DNA of 64,000 nucleotides from Escherichia coli. Lineage in GTDB: Bacteria > Pseudomonadota > Gammaproteobacteria > Enterobacterales > Enterobacteriaceae. The DNA is taken from NCBI RefSeq assembly GCF_003334765.1, contig NZ_QOWT01000018.1, one strand, 5' to 3'. The position numbers and the translations under genes were made by a program. Shown here piece after piece: positions 32,440 to 42,834 of this stretch (its first letter is position 1; every line of letters begins with the position of its first letter). The notes under the pieces were generated by a model that worked only from the letters and a program-made list of their open reading frames with translations, did no database searches and was not told where the DNA came from.

Positions 32440-33027
32440 TTAACTGGTCCAGGTCGCGTCGAACTGTACGCTAACGTCGCCGCTCCAGATGCCTTCCGGT
32501 AGAGTGCTGTAATCTGTTACTGCGGTGGTACCATTGGTGGTACCGCTGATGATGGAGAAGGTGAAACCATCCTGTGCGGTGGTACGATTGCTGGCATTGT
32601 AACCGTTAGCCAGCGGGCTAAGGTTGCCGCCCAGTACGCCGTTGGCGGTATCGATCATCACGGTATCGCCAGTTTTTTCGACTGCCGCGCCGTTATAATC
32701 CACGCCCACATTCAGTGTGGAACCTGAGGTATCCAACTGGGTTAATGTGTTGGTGATAAGACGTGAGGTCAGTTTAAAGGCGGTAGCCGTTGAGTCACCC
32801 TCGATAGCCACGTCAAATAGACCTTTCTGTGAGTTAAAACCTTTAATGCCTTCGGCATACTGGAACGCCAGGCTACCGAGTGGCGTCACAACCAGCTTAC
32901 TGGTGGTGTCTTTTTTGGCTGTTGCCGACCAGGTCGCTACAGCCTGAGCTGTTACGTCAGCAGCCTGCGCCACACCCATGCCGGTAAACACCGTTACCAG
33001 AGCTATTGCCAGAACCTTTTTTTTCAT
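32440..33027 (-). CDS. ecpA: ECP major pilin EcpA
   Basis: 195-aa [43 protein letters not shown]... Recognised as MatB/EcpA. Confidence 0.95.
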   Translation of the reverse strand: MKKKVLAIALVTVFTGMGVAQAADVTAQAVATWSATAKKDTTSKLVVTPLGSLAFQYAEGIKGFNSQKGLFDVAIEGDSTATAFKLTSRLITNTLTQLDTSGSTLNVGVDYNGAAVEKTGDTVMIDTANGVLGGNLSPLANGYNASNRTTAQDGFTFSIISGTTNGTTAVTDYSTLPEGIWSGDVSVQFDATWTS

Positions 33028-33101
33028 TGCATTTCTTCCCGAGTTGAATTGAGGACGTGATGTCCCAGTGAGTCATTTTTTAAAACTAACTTGCCTGGAG
33101 T

Positions 33102-33713
<612 letters not shown>

Positions 33714-34467
33714 TTACAGGTGCATTCAGTTTCCTTAGTAAACCGGAAGTAAATAAGATACGTAGTACATATCAATAAAGGTTAAACGAGATTAAGTTTA
33801 ATTATTTTCGATTGGGCTTAAATTTATGTTTTTTTTCCCGATGAGTGTCAATATGTGAACGGAAAAGGAATTCAATGGTTAAGTCAATATTTAGAAAAAC
33901 TGAAAATATTGCTTTTTTGATAAGAAGAAAAAGACATTTGGTTTCATAAGGTTATTGGCAATATAACGTTCAATTCTTACTTGCATTTTATATTGGTCAG
34001 GAACTTTGCCCTGAAGTGTTAGGAATAGTCTTAATGCGCTGTGTGATGGACTAGTAAAAAAACAAGTTTTAAGGGTAAGGGATAGAATATAAAACTATGA
34101 TGAGCTGTCATTGAAGATGATTTGCCAATCAGTAAGATATTTTAATGGATTAACATGCCGCACAAAATGGTTACAGGTGTTCATTCCAATAAGTAATGGA
34201 AAATTGAACGGGCGTATGTACGTCATCTGTTCGGTAAGCCCCCAAGAGCCAGATTAAGTGAAGTTAAACGAAGGCTGCCAGCTGTCACAGGAACGATGGC
34301 CTTTTTGTCAGGGCACTGCATTCAGTTATCTGTGCGCGTTACTCTAACTGGCACTCGAACGTCGGCGACGGGGTTACCGGTGGATCAGACTGTTCCTGTG
34401 GCGTAAACGTTTTTATGTTAGTACCAACAGATTTACCACATTTATCATCTTAACAGTTTGAGTGAAA

Positions 34468-34695
34468 ATGCAGGCTGCGCCGCAAAGGGAGGAGACTGAG
34501 TGGCGTGTTCAGTCTAAAAGAGGGTTGATGCCAGCATACAGGGGCGAAGCTGGTCAACAAGTCAACATTAAGATAATGGAATATTCGGAGAGAAACGTCA
34601 GGCAGTTGGCCTCAAATGAACAGGAAGAATATATCCCCAGGAAAATTAATGTTGGTGTTATAAACACACCAACATTAATTCGATCTGATTATTAA
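34468..34695 (+). CDS. ykgL: small protein YkgL (function unknown)
   Basis: Within ORF 34462..34695, the ATG at 34468 gives MQAAPQREETEWRVQSKRGLMPAYRG... (75 aa). The identification rests only on my memory of the K-12 annotation. Confidence 0.6.
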   Translation: MQAAPQREETEWRVQSKRGLMPAYRGEAGQQVNIKIMEYSERNVRQLASNEQEEYIPRKINVGVINTPTLIRSDY

Positions 34696-34729
34696 TCAGA
34701 CAAATATCGTTAATCCGTCGAATTTTGAA

Positions 34730-34870
34730 TCAACGTTTTTTCTTACGACCCTGAACGGCCTTAAAACGTGGATTAGATTTACAAATCACATATAGCCGTC
34801 CTTTTCGCTTCACAATCTGACAGTCTGGATGGCGTTCTTTTGCGGTACGCAGAGAGTTAAGAACTTTCAT
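34730..34870 (-). CDS. ykgO: zinc-independent ribosomal protein L36 paralog
   Basis: Below the ORF-track size cutoff. My own translation gives [46 protein letters not shown] (46 aa). Its ATG shares the ATGA with the ykgM stop. Confidence 0.9.
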   Translation of the reverse strand: MKVLNSLRTAKERHPDCQIVKRKGRLYVICKSNPRFKAVQGRKKKR

Positions 34871-35133
34871 CACGCCCCCTTTTTCGTGCTAACAAAACGA
34901 CCAAAACGTTGGGTGAATCGTGCAACATTTCCTTCTGATGCCACTGTTCTCAGCTTCCCTGTATAGAACGGGTGCGATTTAGAAGAGACATCAATTGTCA
35001 CGTATGGATACGTTACGCCATCCAGCTCAATCTCACGGTCTGTTTTGATAGTCGAGCCGATTTTAAAGTACTCATCAACACTGGTGTCGTGGAACACCAC
35101 AGTACGATACTCAGGATGGATATTGGGCTTCAT
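34870..35133 (-). CDS. ykgM: zinc-independent ribosomal protein L31 paralog (type B)
   Basis: Within ORF 34870..35136, the second Met gives [32 protein letters not shown]... (87 aa). It lacks the CxxC zinc knuckle. Confidence 0.93.
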
Positions 35134-35144
35134 CATTTTTACCT

Positions 35145-35162
35145 GTTATGTTATAACATAAC
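35145..35162 (-). promoter_or_regulatory. Zur box in the ykgM-ykgO promoter
   Basis: gttatgttataacataac is a perfect 18-bp palindrome lying 12-30 nt upstream of the ykgM start. It resembles the Zur operator core (TGTTATnnATAACA type). Confidence 0.75.
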
Positions 35163-35496
35163 CATAAAGATACATGCTCATCCGGATCATTTCAACACTC
35201 AATCCCTGTGACTCTTTGTGGATGTGGAATTTTCGCAACGGGGAACTCTGGCATTGTTAGCAGCCATTGGTGACGCTCCCATAAACGCCTGGATGAGTGA
35301 TTGATGATGGTTTTGCTGAGAGTATGGATTTTTCGAGAATGGAGGTTATCTCCACTTTACTGGCCGATAATTTATCGCAGTATGATTGATTACCTGACAG
35401 CGTGTATTCCTCTCCCACGGATATAATAATTACTTACAAAAAAGGGAGAGGATGCATATTTTAAATATCACTGAAGTGAACAGTTTATTTCCGTTA

Positions 35497-35598
35497 TTAA
35501 TAGAAATGGAGAAATAAATAGGCGTATTCTACAATTGCGACAAAAACAACGATATTAATCAGTTTATGACTGATTTGCTGTACTTTATTCTCTTTCAT
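35497..35598 (-). CDS. ykgR: 33-aa small membrane protein
   Basis: My own translation gives MKENKVQQISHKLINIVVFVAIVEYAYLFLHFY with a single hydrophobic helix. gaggaag lies upstream of the ATG. Recognised as K-12 YkgR. Confidence 0.75.
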   Translation of the reverse strand: MKENKVQQISHKLINIVVFVAIVEYAYLFLHFY

Positions 35599-36712
35599 TG
35601 GTACTTCCTCGCTTTAAAAAAGAGTGCACTTCGTAAGTGCCCTTATATAAATAACGAGTTTGGTCAACCAATTTTTTGACATGTATCACAAATTTGAATA
35701 GATGTATTACATCAACTATCTTTTATTGCACCAACGTCATTGATATATGTCGCCTGAAGTCAGTTCCGGGAATGAGTCTGATCTCAAGACTGGCCCAGTC
35801 CGGGCGTTGATTGGTGCTGAGGAGCATATCGCATCTCATCATAATGTCGTATCTCCTGGGGTGTTATACAAGATATCGTTGTTGGTGACCTGGGAGAGGA
35901 ATTGAGTTCTATTAAACCGTCAACTATGCCGGATACATACTGGATTACACTGCAGGCACGCCTTATGAGAGAACGTGCCGCAGTGACGGGTTAATTATCT
36001 GAAAGAATTTGTGAGGCTGTATCGGTTACTCATTGATTTGATAGTTTTACTCTCGGGAGAATAATAGATATTTAATCCATTAACGGAAACCAGCCAGTTC
36101 CTTTCGATGCCTGAATTTGATCCCATAGTTTATCCGGAATGGTTAATTCATGAACAAGTTGTGTTATCGTTCATGAGAAGCATAACGTAAAGGGAAAAGC
36201 TCGATTAGACGGCAGAATTTGTCAGGGGTTATGAACGAAATTCATAAATCTGTTTGAGTGTTGCGATGGGTAGTGCAAGTTCGATATCTCCGCAATTTAC
36301 AGTCCGATGAAGGAAAATGAATATCCATAAAAAATATATTGGTTTATCCTGGCATATATACCTATTTCGACGTATTTCCAATAGTTTTAATTAAAGGCAG
36401 GTCATTGTTATTCACTCTGAATAGTGAATTATTCACTGTCCGCAGAGTAAGAAATATAACTTAGGTATCTATTTAATGACTTGCACAAAAAGCTAAATTT
36501 TCCCCCATAAATAAAAATATAATCCCGCGCCCAACCACCTGATGAGTGGCTATAGGCACTGGATATATTAGGTGGCGGTGCACTTTCTTACATAAAGGTA
36601 TTTCCTTTTCTGCGGAAAAGGAAATCGGGAAATCCCCGGTTTTTCTGACAAGCAGACGCCATTATTTGTGTCTGCCTATGTTCGTTAATTCGTTCATCAG
36701 GAAATTATCTCA

Positions 36713-39700
36713 ATGTCACATTATAAAACAGGTCATAAACAACCACGATTTCGTTATTCAGTTCTGGCCCGCTGCGTGGCGTGGGCAAATATCTCTGTTC
36801 AGGTTCTTTTTCCACTCGCTGTCACCTTTACCCCAGTAATGGCGGCACGTGCGCAGCATGCGGTTCAGCCACGGTTGAGCATGGGAAATACTACGGTAAC
36901 TGCTGATAATAACGTGGAGAAAAATGTCGCGTCGTTTGCCGCAAATGCCGGGACATTTTTAAGCAGTCAGCCAGATAGCGATGCGACACGTAACTTTATT
37001 ACCGGAATGGCCACAGCTAAAGCTAACCAGGAAATACAGGAGTGGCTCGGGAAATATGGTACTGCGCGCGTCAAACTGAATGTCGATAAAGATTTCTCGC
37101 TGAAGGATTCTTCGCTGGAAATGCTTTATCCGATTTATGATACGCCGACAAATATGTTGTTCACTCAGGGGGCAATACATCGTACAGACGATCGTACTCA
37201 GTCAAATATTGGTTTTGGCTGGCGTCATTTTTCAGGAAATGACTGGATGGCGGGGGTGAATACTTTTATCGATCATGATTTATCCCGTAGTCATACCCGC
37301 ATTGGTGTTGGTGCGGAATACTGGCGCGATTATCTGAAACTGAGCGCCAATGGTTATATTCGGGCTTCTGGCTGGAAAAAATCGCCGGATATTGAGGATT
37401 ATCAGGAACGCCCGGCGAATGGCTGGGATATTCGTGCTGAGGGCTATTTACCCGCCTGGCCGCAGCTTGGCGCAAGCCTGATGTATGAACAGTATTATGG
37501 CGATGAAGTCGGGCTGTTTGGTAAAGATAAGCGCCAGAAAGACCCGCATGCTATTTCTGCCGAGGTGACCTATACGCCAGTGCCTCTTCTGACACTGAGC
37601 GCCGGGCATAAGCAGGGCAAGAGTGGTGAGAATGACACTCGCTTTGGCCTGGAAGTTAATTATCGGATTGGCGAACCTCTGGCGAAACAACTCGATACAG
37701 ACAGCATTCGCGAGCGTCGGGTACTGGCAGGCAGCCGCTATGACCTGGTTGAGCGTAATAACAACATCGTTCTTGAGTACCGCAAATCTGAAGTGATCCG
37801 TATTGCTCTGCCTGAACGTATTGAAGGTAAGGGTGGTCAGACACTTTCCCTGGGGCTTGTGGTCAGCAAAGCAACTCACGGACTGAAAAATGTGCAGTGG
37901 GAAGCGCCGTCATTACTGGCTGAGGGTGGCAAAATTACCGGTCAGGGTAGTCAGTGGCAAGTAACGCTCCCGGCTTATCGTCCAGGCAAAGACAATTATT
38001 ATGCGATTTCTGCGGTTGCCTACGATAACAAAGGCAATGCCTCAAAACGCGTGCAGACAGAGGTGGTCATTACCGGAGCAGGTATGAGCGCCGATCGCAC
38101 GGCGTTAACGCTTGACGGTCAGAGCCGTATTCAAATGCTTGCTAACGGTAATGAGCAAAGACCGCTGGTGCTGTCTCTGCGCGACGCCGAGGGGCAGCCA
38201 GTCACGGGCATGAAAGATCAGATCAAGACTGAACTAGCCTTCAAACCGGCTGGAAATATTGTGACTCGTTCCCTGAAGGCCACTAAATCACAGGCAAAGC
38301 CAACACTGGGTGAGTTCACCGAAACTGAAGCAGGGGTGTATCAGTCTGTCTTTACTACCGGAACGCAGTCAGGTGAGGCAACGATTACTGTTAGCGTTGA
38401 TGGCATGAGCAAAACCGTCACTGCAGAACTGCGGGCCACGATGATGGATGTGGCAAACTCCACCCTGAGCGCTAACGAGCCGTCAGGTGATGTGGTTGCT
38501 GATGGTCAGCAAGCCTATACGTTGACGTTGACTGCGGTGGACTCCGAGGGTAATCCGGTGACGGGAGAAGCCAGCCGCTTGCGATTTGTTCCGCAAGACA
38601 CTAATGGTGTAACCGTTGGTGCCATTTCGGAAATAAAACCAGGCGTTTACAGCGCCACGGTTTCTTCGACCCGTGCCGGAAACGTTGTTGTGCGTGCTTT
38701 CAGCGAGCAGTATCAGCTGGGCACATTACAACAAACGCTGAAGTTTGTTGCCGGTCCGCTTGATGCAGCACATTCGTCCATCACCCTGAATCCTGATAAA
38801 CCGGTGGTTGGCGGTACAGTTACGGCAATCTGGACGGCAAAAGATGCCTATGACAACCCTGTGACCAGCCTCACGCCGGAAGCGCCGTCATTAGCGGGTG
38901 CCGCTGCTGTAGGTTCTACGGCATCTGGCTGGACAAATAATGGTGATGGGACGTGGACTGCGCAGATTACTCTCGGCTCTACGGCGGGTGAATTAGAAGT
39001 TATGCCGAAGCTAAATGGACAGGATGCGGCAGCAAATGCGGCAAAAGTAACCGTGGTGGCTGATGCGTTATCTTCAAACCAGTCGAAAGTCTCTGTCGCA
39101 GAAGATCACGTAAAAGCCGGCGAAAGCACAACCGTGACGCTTATTGCAAAAGATGCACATGGCAACACTATCAGTGGTCTTTCGTTGTCGGCAAGTTTGA
39201 CGGGGACCGCCTCTGAAGGGGCGACCGTTTCCAGTTGGACCGAAAAAGGTGACTGTTCCTATGTTGCTACGTTAACTACAGGCGGAAAGACGGGCGAGCT
39301 TCGTGTCATGCCGCTCTTCAACGGCCAGCCAGCAGCCACCGAAGCCGCGCAGTTGACGGTCATCGCCGGAGAGATGTCATCAGCGAACTCTACGCTTGTT
39401 GCGGACAATAAGGCTCCGACCGTCAAAATGACGACGGAACTCACCTTCACCGTGAAGGATGCGTACGGGAACCCGGTCACCGGGCTGAAGCCAGATGCAC
39501 CAGTGTTTAGCGGTGCCGCCAGCACGGGGAGTGAGCGTCCTTCAGCAGGAAACTGGACAGAGAAAGGTAATGGGGTCTACGTGGCGACCTTAACGCTGGG
39601 ATCTGCCGCGGGTCAGTTGTCTGTGATGCCGCGAGTGAACGGCCAAAATGCCGTTGCTCAGCCACTGGTGCTGAACGTTGCAGGTGACGCATCTAAGGCT

Positions 39701-40304
39701 GAGATTCGTGATATGACAGTGAAGGTTAATAACCAACTGGCTAAAGGATAGCGACGTGACGCTGACTGCCAGCTCGGAAAATTTAGTTCTGGATCCTAAA
39801 GGGACGGCGAAAACTAATGAGCAAGGACAGGCTGTTTTCACCGGCTCTACCACTATCGCAGCGACATATACACTCACGGCGAAAGTGGAACAGGCCAACG
39901 GTCAGGTATCGACGAAAACTGCTGAATCTAAATTCGTCGCGGATGATAAAAACGCGGTGCTCGCCGCATCTCCAGAACGTGTAGATTCTCTGGTGGCGGA
40001 CGGGAAGACTACTGCAACAATGACGGTTACCCTGATGGCGGGAGTCAATCCCGTAGGAGGAAGTATGTGGGTCGACATTGAGGCTCCGGAAGGAGTGACG
40101 GAGAAGGATTATCAATTCCTGCCGTCGAAGGCTGACCATTTCTCAGGTGGGAAAATCACGCGTACATTTAGTACCAGCAAGCCAGGTGTCTATACGTTCA
40201 CATTCAACGCACTGACGTATGGCGGGTACGAAATGACGCCTGTGAAGGTGACAATTAACGCCGTTGCTGCAGAGACTGAAAATGGCGAGGAGGAGATGCC
40301 ATAA
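36713..40304 (+). pseudogene. eaeH: intimin/invasin-family inverse autotransporter adhesin EaeH; near full length but split by a frameshift near the 3' end
   Basis: ORF 36713..39751 (1012 aa) has the N-terminal beta-barrel region (...GFGWRHFSGNDWMAGVNTFIDHDLSRSHTRIGVGAEYWRDYLKLSANGYI...) followed by Ig-like repeats. ORF 39756..40304 (182 aa) continues the same domain in the +1 frame (...DSDVTLTASSENLVLDPKG...). The frame switch must lie within 39723-39751. Confidence 0.85.
38455..39690 (+). repeat. four tandem, diverged bacterial Ig-like (Big) domain coding repeats of about 300 nt (100 aa) inside eaeH
   Basis: Repeat starts lie near 38455, 38770, 39068 and 39374, with the next at 39690. Recurring pattern: S-x-(I/L/V)...(T/V)AKDA(Y/H)GNP(V/I)(T/S)GL...W(T)(E/N)(K/N)G(D/N)G(V/T)Y(V/T)A(T/Q)(L/I)TLG...(L/V)MP(K/R/L)(L/V/F)NGQ. 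Confidence 0.75.
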
Positions 40305-40443
40305 TTTGAATAGTATGAAAGTTACGATCTAATAAAGAATAATGGTGTTGAAATATTCAACGCCATTATTCACTGAATACCTTGCCTGATACTGATTAAA
40401 TAGTATCAGGCAAGGATAAAACTCAATAAGAGATAGTGACCAA

Positions 40444-41328
40444 CTAAACCGGACGAACGGGAATAAAAATTTCGCAAACAACATCATTGCCATCCTTTTC
40501 TACGAAATCTTCATTGTAATAAAAGCGCTCAATATCGCTGCCGTTCACTCTGGCTAACCCCCTGGCAGGTAACTCTATCAGATAGATGTTACGCACCCAG
40601 TCAGGATAATTTTCCCAGTTTCCTTCATAACGGAAAGAGGCATAAAGTCCTCGGGTCGTTGTCCACTCTTTTGGCATGTCAGCATATTCACATACCGTAC
40701 CAGCAAAAGTTTCAACCGTGAGCAAATCGACCGATTTTGTTGACGGTTCAAACGTGGAAACGAAATAGATATCCGTCTTAAAATTCTTCATACATCTGGC
40801 TAAATGATGACGTCGTAGTTTGACTTCTTCATCCGGTGATTTATTCGACACTTCAATGTCATATTTAAATGAGTTGCCAAAAATAGGTGTCTCAGGAAAG
40901 TTGATTAATCTACACTCCGTCTTTTGCTGTTGACGTATTAAAAAAGAAGGGAAGATATTTGCGAGATCCCAATAATCACGGTGGCGGTATTCACGGGGAG
41001 AGCAGCCGAATAACTTTTTAAATTCGCGGCTGAATGACTGCTGTGAATCAAAATGCAAAGAGAGTGCAATATCAAGCATAGATTTCGCGGTGAGCCGGAC
41101 AAGAATGGCGGCACGACAAAGCCTTCGTTTGCGAATGTATTCTCCCAAAGGCACATGCATGAAATTTCGGAACAGAAGCTGGATGTTGCGTCTGCTGTAG
41201 CCAGATTTCTGTGCGATATCTTCGATTGAAATAGGGTGCTCAAGATTGCACTCAATCCACTCCAGGAGCTGCTGTAGAATCTTCTGCCTGATCATCTCAT
41301 TCTCCGTTAATTCTTTGTCATATCGCAC
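40444..41328 (-). CDS. ykgA: Rob-like AraC/XylS regulator (N-terminal double HTH with a C-terminal GyrI-like effector domain), full length
   Basis: 294-aa ORF ...ISIEDIAQKSGYSRRNIQLLFRNF...SMLDIALSLHFDSQQSFSREFKKLFGCSPREYR... followed by a domain of about 170 aa. Confidence 0.85.
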   Translation of the reverse strand: MRYDKELTENEMIRQKILQQLLEWIECNLEHPISIEDIAQKSGYSRRNIQLLFRNFMHVPLGEYIRKRRLCRAAILVRLTAKSMLDIALSLHFDSQQSFSREFKKLFGCSPREYRHRDYWDLANIFPSFLIRQQQKTECRLINFPETPIFGNSFKYDIEVSNKSPDEEVKLRRHHLARCMKNFKTDIYFVSTFEPSTKSVDLLTVETFAGTVCEYADMPKEWTTTRGLYASFRYEGNWENYPDWVRNIYLIELPARGLARVNGSDIERFYYNEDFVEKDGNDVVCEIFIPVRPV

Positions 41329-41884
41329 ATTTTCGTTATACCCTGGGCCCTAAGTGTATCAAAAATAGCAAGGGCGAAGGCAAAAGCACTGGTAGCGTCT
41401 GCTTCGTTGTCCCCGAAAATAGAGAGGTTTCAGTCCTACATTATTAATGAATTTTTTGCATAAGTGATATCAAAATCCACATACTACTTTGAGGTTACGT
41501 TTTAACGTAGACTCATTGTTCATGCCTAATGGAGGGACTGACAGTGGAATTTTCCGTATAGTCTGCTTCAGAGTATTGCAGATGCCCATCAAAAATCGAT
41601 TTCTCACTGACAGATAAAGAAATGGCACAAATTAGTTCGCTTGATTTGGGTTATGTTGGGGAGTCGGTAAAACATTTTAATCCTGAATTTGTTCGTGGTT
41701 GTCTTGCTGTAAAAATACATGATTGATATTAATCATGTATTTTACCTAAGACGACAAAAACCTTTTAACAGGGAGTGATATTGATCTTCACTCTGTCATA
41801 TCTCCGGTAATATGGCGTCAGGCTTCATCATCAGAAAGGGGGCCTGACGCCTGAAAAAGTGAACAACAGACAGTGTTCGGATTA

Positions 41885-42478
41885 TCAATATTCAGTTTTT
41901 AACGTTGAACTGGATTCATTACTGCGTTGTTTAAGAATTTCCCGCGCCGAATCTGCCATTATCATGACTGCACCTGCCAGCATCAGAGTATCTTTCAATA
42001 CCAGGCGACCAGCACCGGATAAATAAGGGAAACCATGATGAGCGTCACCCAATGCGGGTACCCATGCCTCCGGGGTGGTGATTAAAAATGAGAGTGTTAC
42101 CAGCGGCGTGGTAAATGCCATCAGTCCTCCCAATAAACCTAACCAGCGATTGACAGGATTAGCCAAAACCAGCAGAGCAATAATCACCTCCACGACGCCA
42201 AGACCGTTGGAAAAACCATAGGTATTATTGGCCGTTTGCCATGCCCTTGCTTCTGGTTTGTATTCGCCTTCGTGAGTCAGATACTGTTTATAGTCTTCCG
42301 GGTGTTCATAAAAGAACGACATTAGTGGACTGTTTGCGACGAATGGTGTAATGCTGTCTGCCTCGTAAGGGACAAACTTTAATAACCCAATCCACATAAA
42401 AACAATTGCAATACTCAGACGAATCAATGTCAGGCCAATTTTATCTCCCCGACTTAACAGGTGCAGGTATTTTTCCAT
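41885..42478 (-). CDS. rclC: reactive-chlorine resistance inner-membrane protein RclC (DUF417)
   Basis: Within ORF 41885..42487, the start at 42478 gives MEKYLHLLSRGDKIGLTLIRLSIAIVFMWIGLLKF... (197 aa). Confidence 0.9.
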   Translation of the reverse strand: MEKYLHLLSRGDKIGLTLIRLSIAIVFMWIGLLKFVPYEADSITPFVANSPLMSFFYEHPEDYKQYLTHEGEYKPEARAWQTANNTYGFSNGLGVVEVIIALLVLANPVNRWLGLLGGLMAFTTPLVTLSFLITTPEAWVPALGDAHHGFPYLSGAGRLVLKDTLMLAGAVMIMADSAREILKQRSNESSSTLKTEY

Positions 42479-42489
42479 TGTGAACATCC

Positions 42490-42726
42490 TTATTTATACA
42501 ATACTGCTGTTGCGGTTGAATTATTATCAATTCGCATCGATGTGACTTTCCAGGATGAAGCATTATATTTTCTGGCTATATCAGCAATGGTATCCTCCAG
42601 AACTGTCGGTGATGCTGATACTGACGAGACGCTGATATGTTTCAGAATTATTTTATCATCTGCATTGGTGGAAAATGCCATAACGCCAGATAATAGTGTT
42701 GCAAATAAAACAGATTTTTTAAACAT
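42490..42726 (-). CDS. rclB: reactive-chlorine resistance periplasmic protein RclB (YdgH/BhsA-like, DUF1471)
   Basis: Within ORF 42490..42741, the start at 42726 gives MFKKSVLFATLLSGVMAFSTNADDKIILKH... (78 aa) with a signal peptide. Confidence 0.9.
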   Translation of the reverse strand: MFKKSVLFATLLSGVMAFSTNADDKIILKHISVSSVSASPTVLEDTIADIARKYNASSWKVTSMRIDNNSTATAVLYK

Positions 42727-42834
42727 ATAAAATACCATCAATGAAGTGATTAAGAAGTTATAGAGTAACAGAGAATTAATAAGATTCTTTTCTCTGAGAC
42801 GCCAGAATATTTGTTCTGGCGTCTGATTTTGAGT

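Noticed and set aside
36317-36394. A 25-codon ORF (MNIHKKYIGLSWHIYLFRRISNSFN) preceded by aaggaaa.
   Set aside because: The SD-to-ATG spacing is too short (about 2-3 nt). The product has no distinctive features, and the AT-rich context readily produces such frames by chance.
36546-36839. A 97-aa ORF overlapping the eaeH start region.
   Set aside because: It is in a different frame from the well-supported eaeH start at 36713. It runs through the hairpin-rich leader and has a low-complexity translation.
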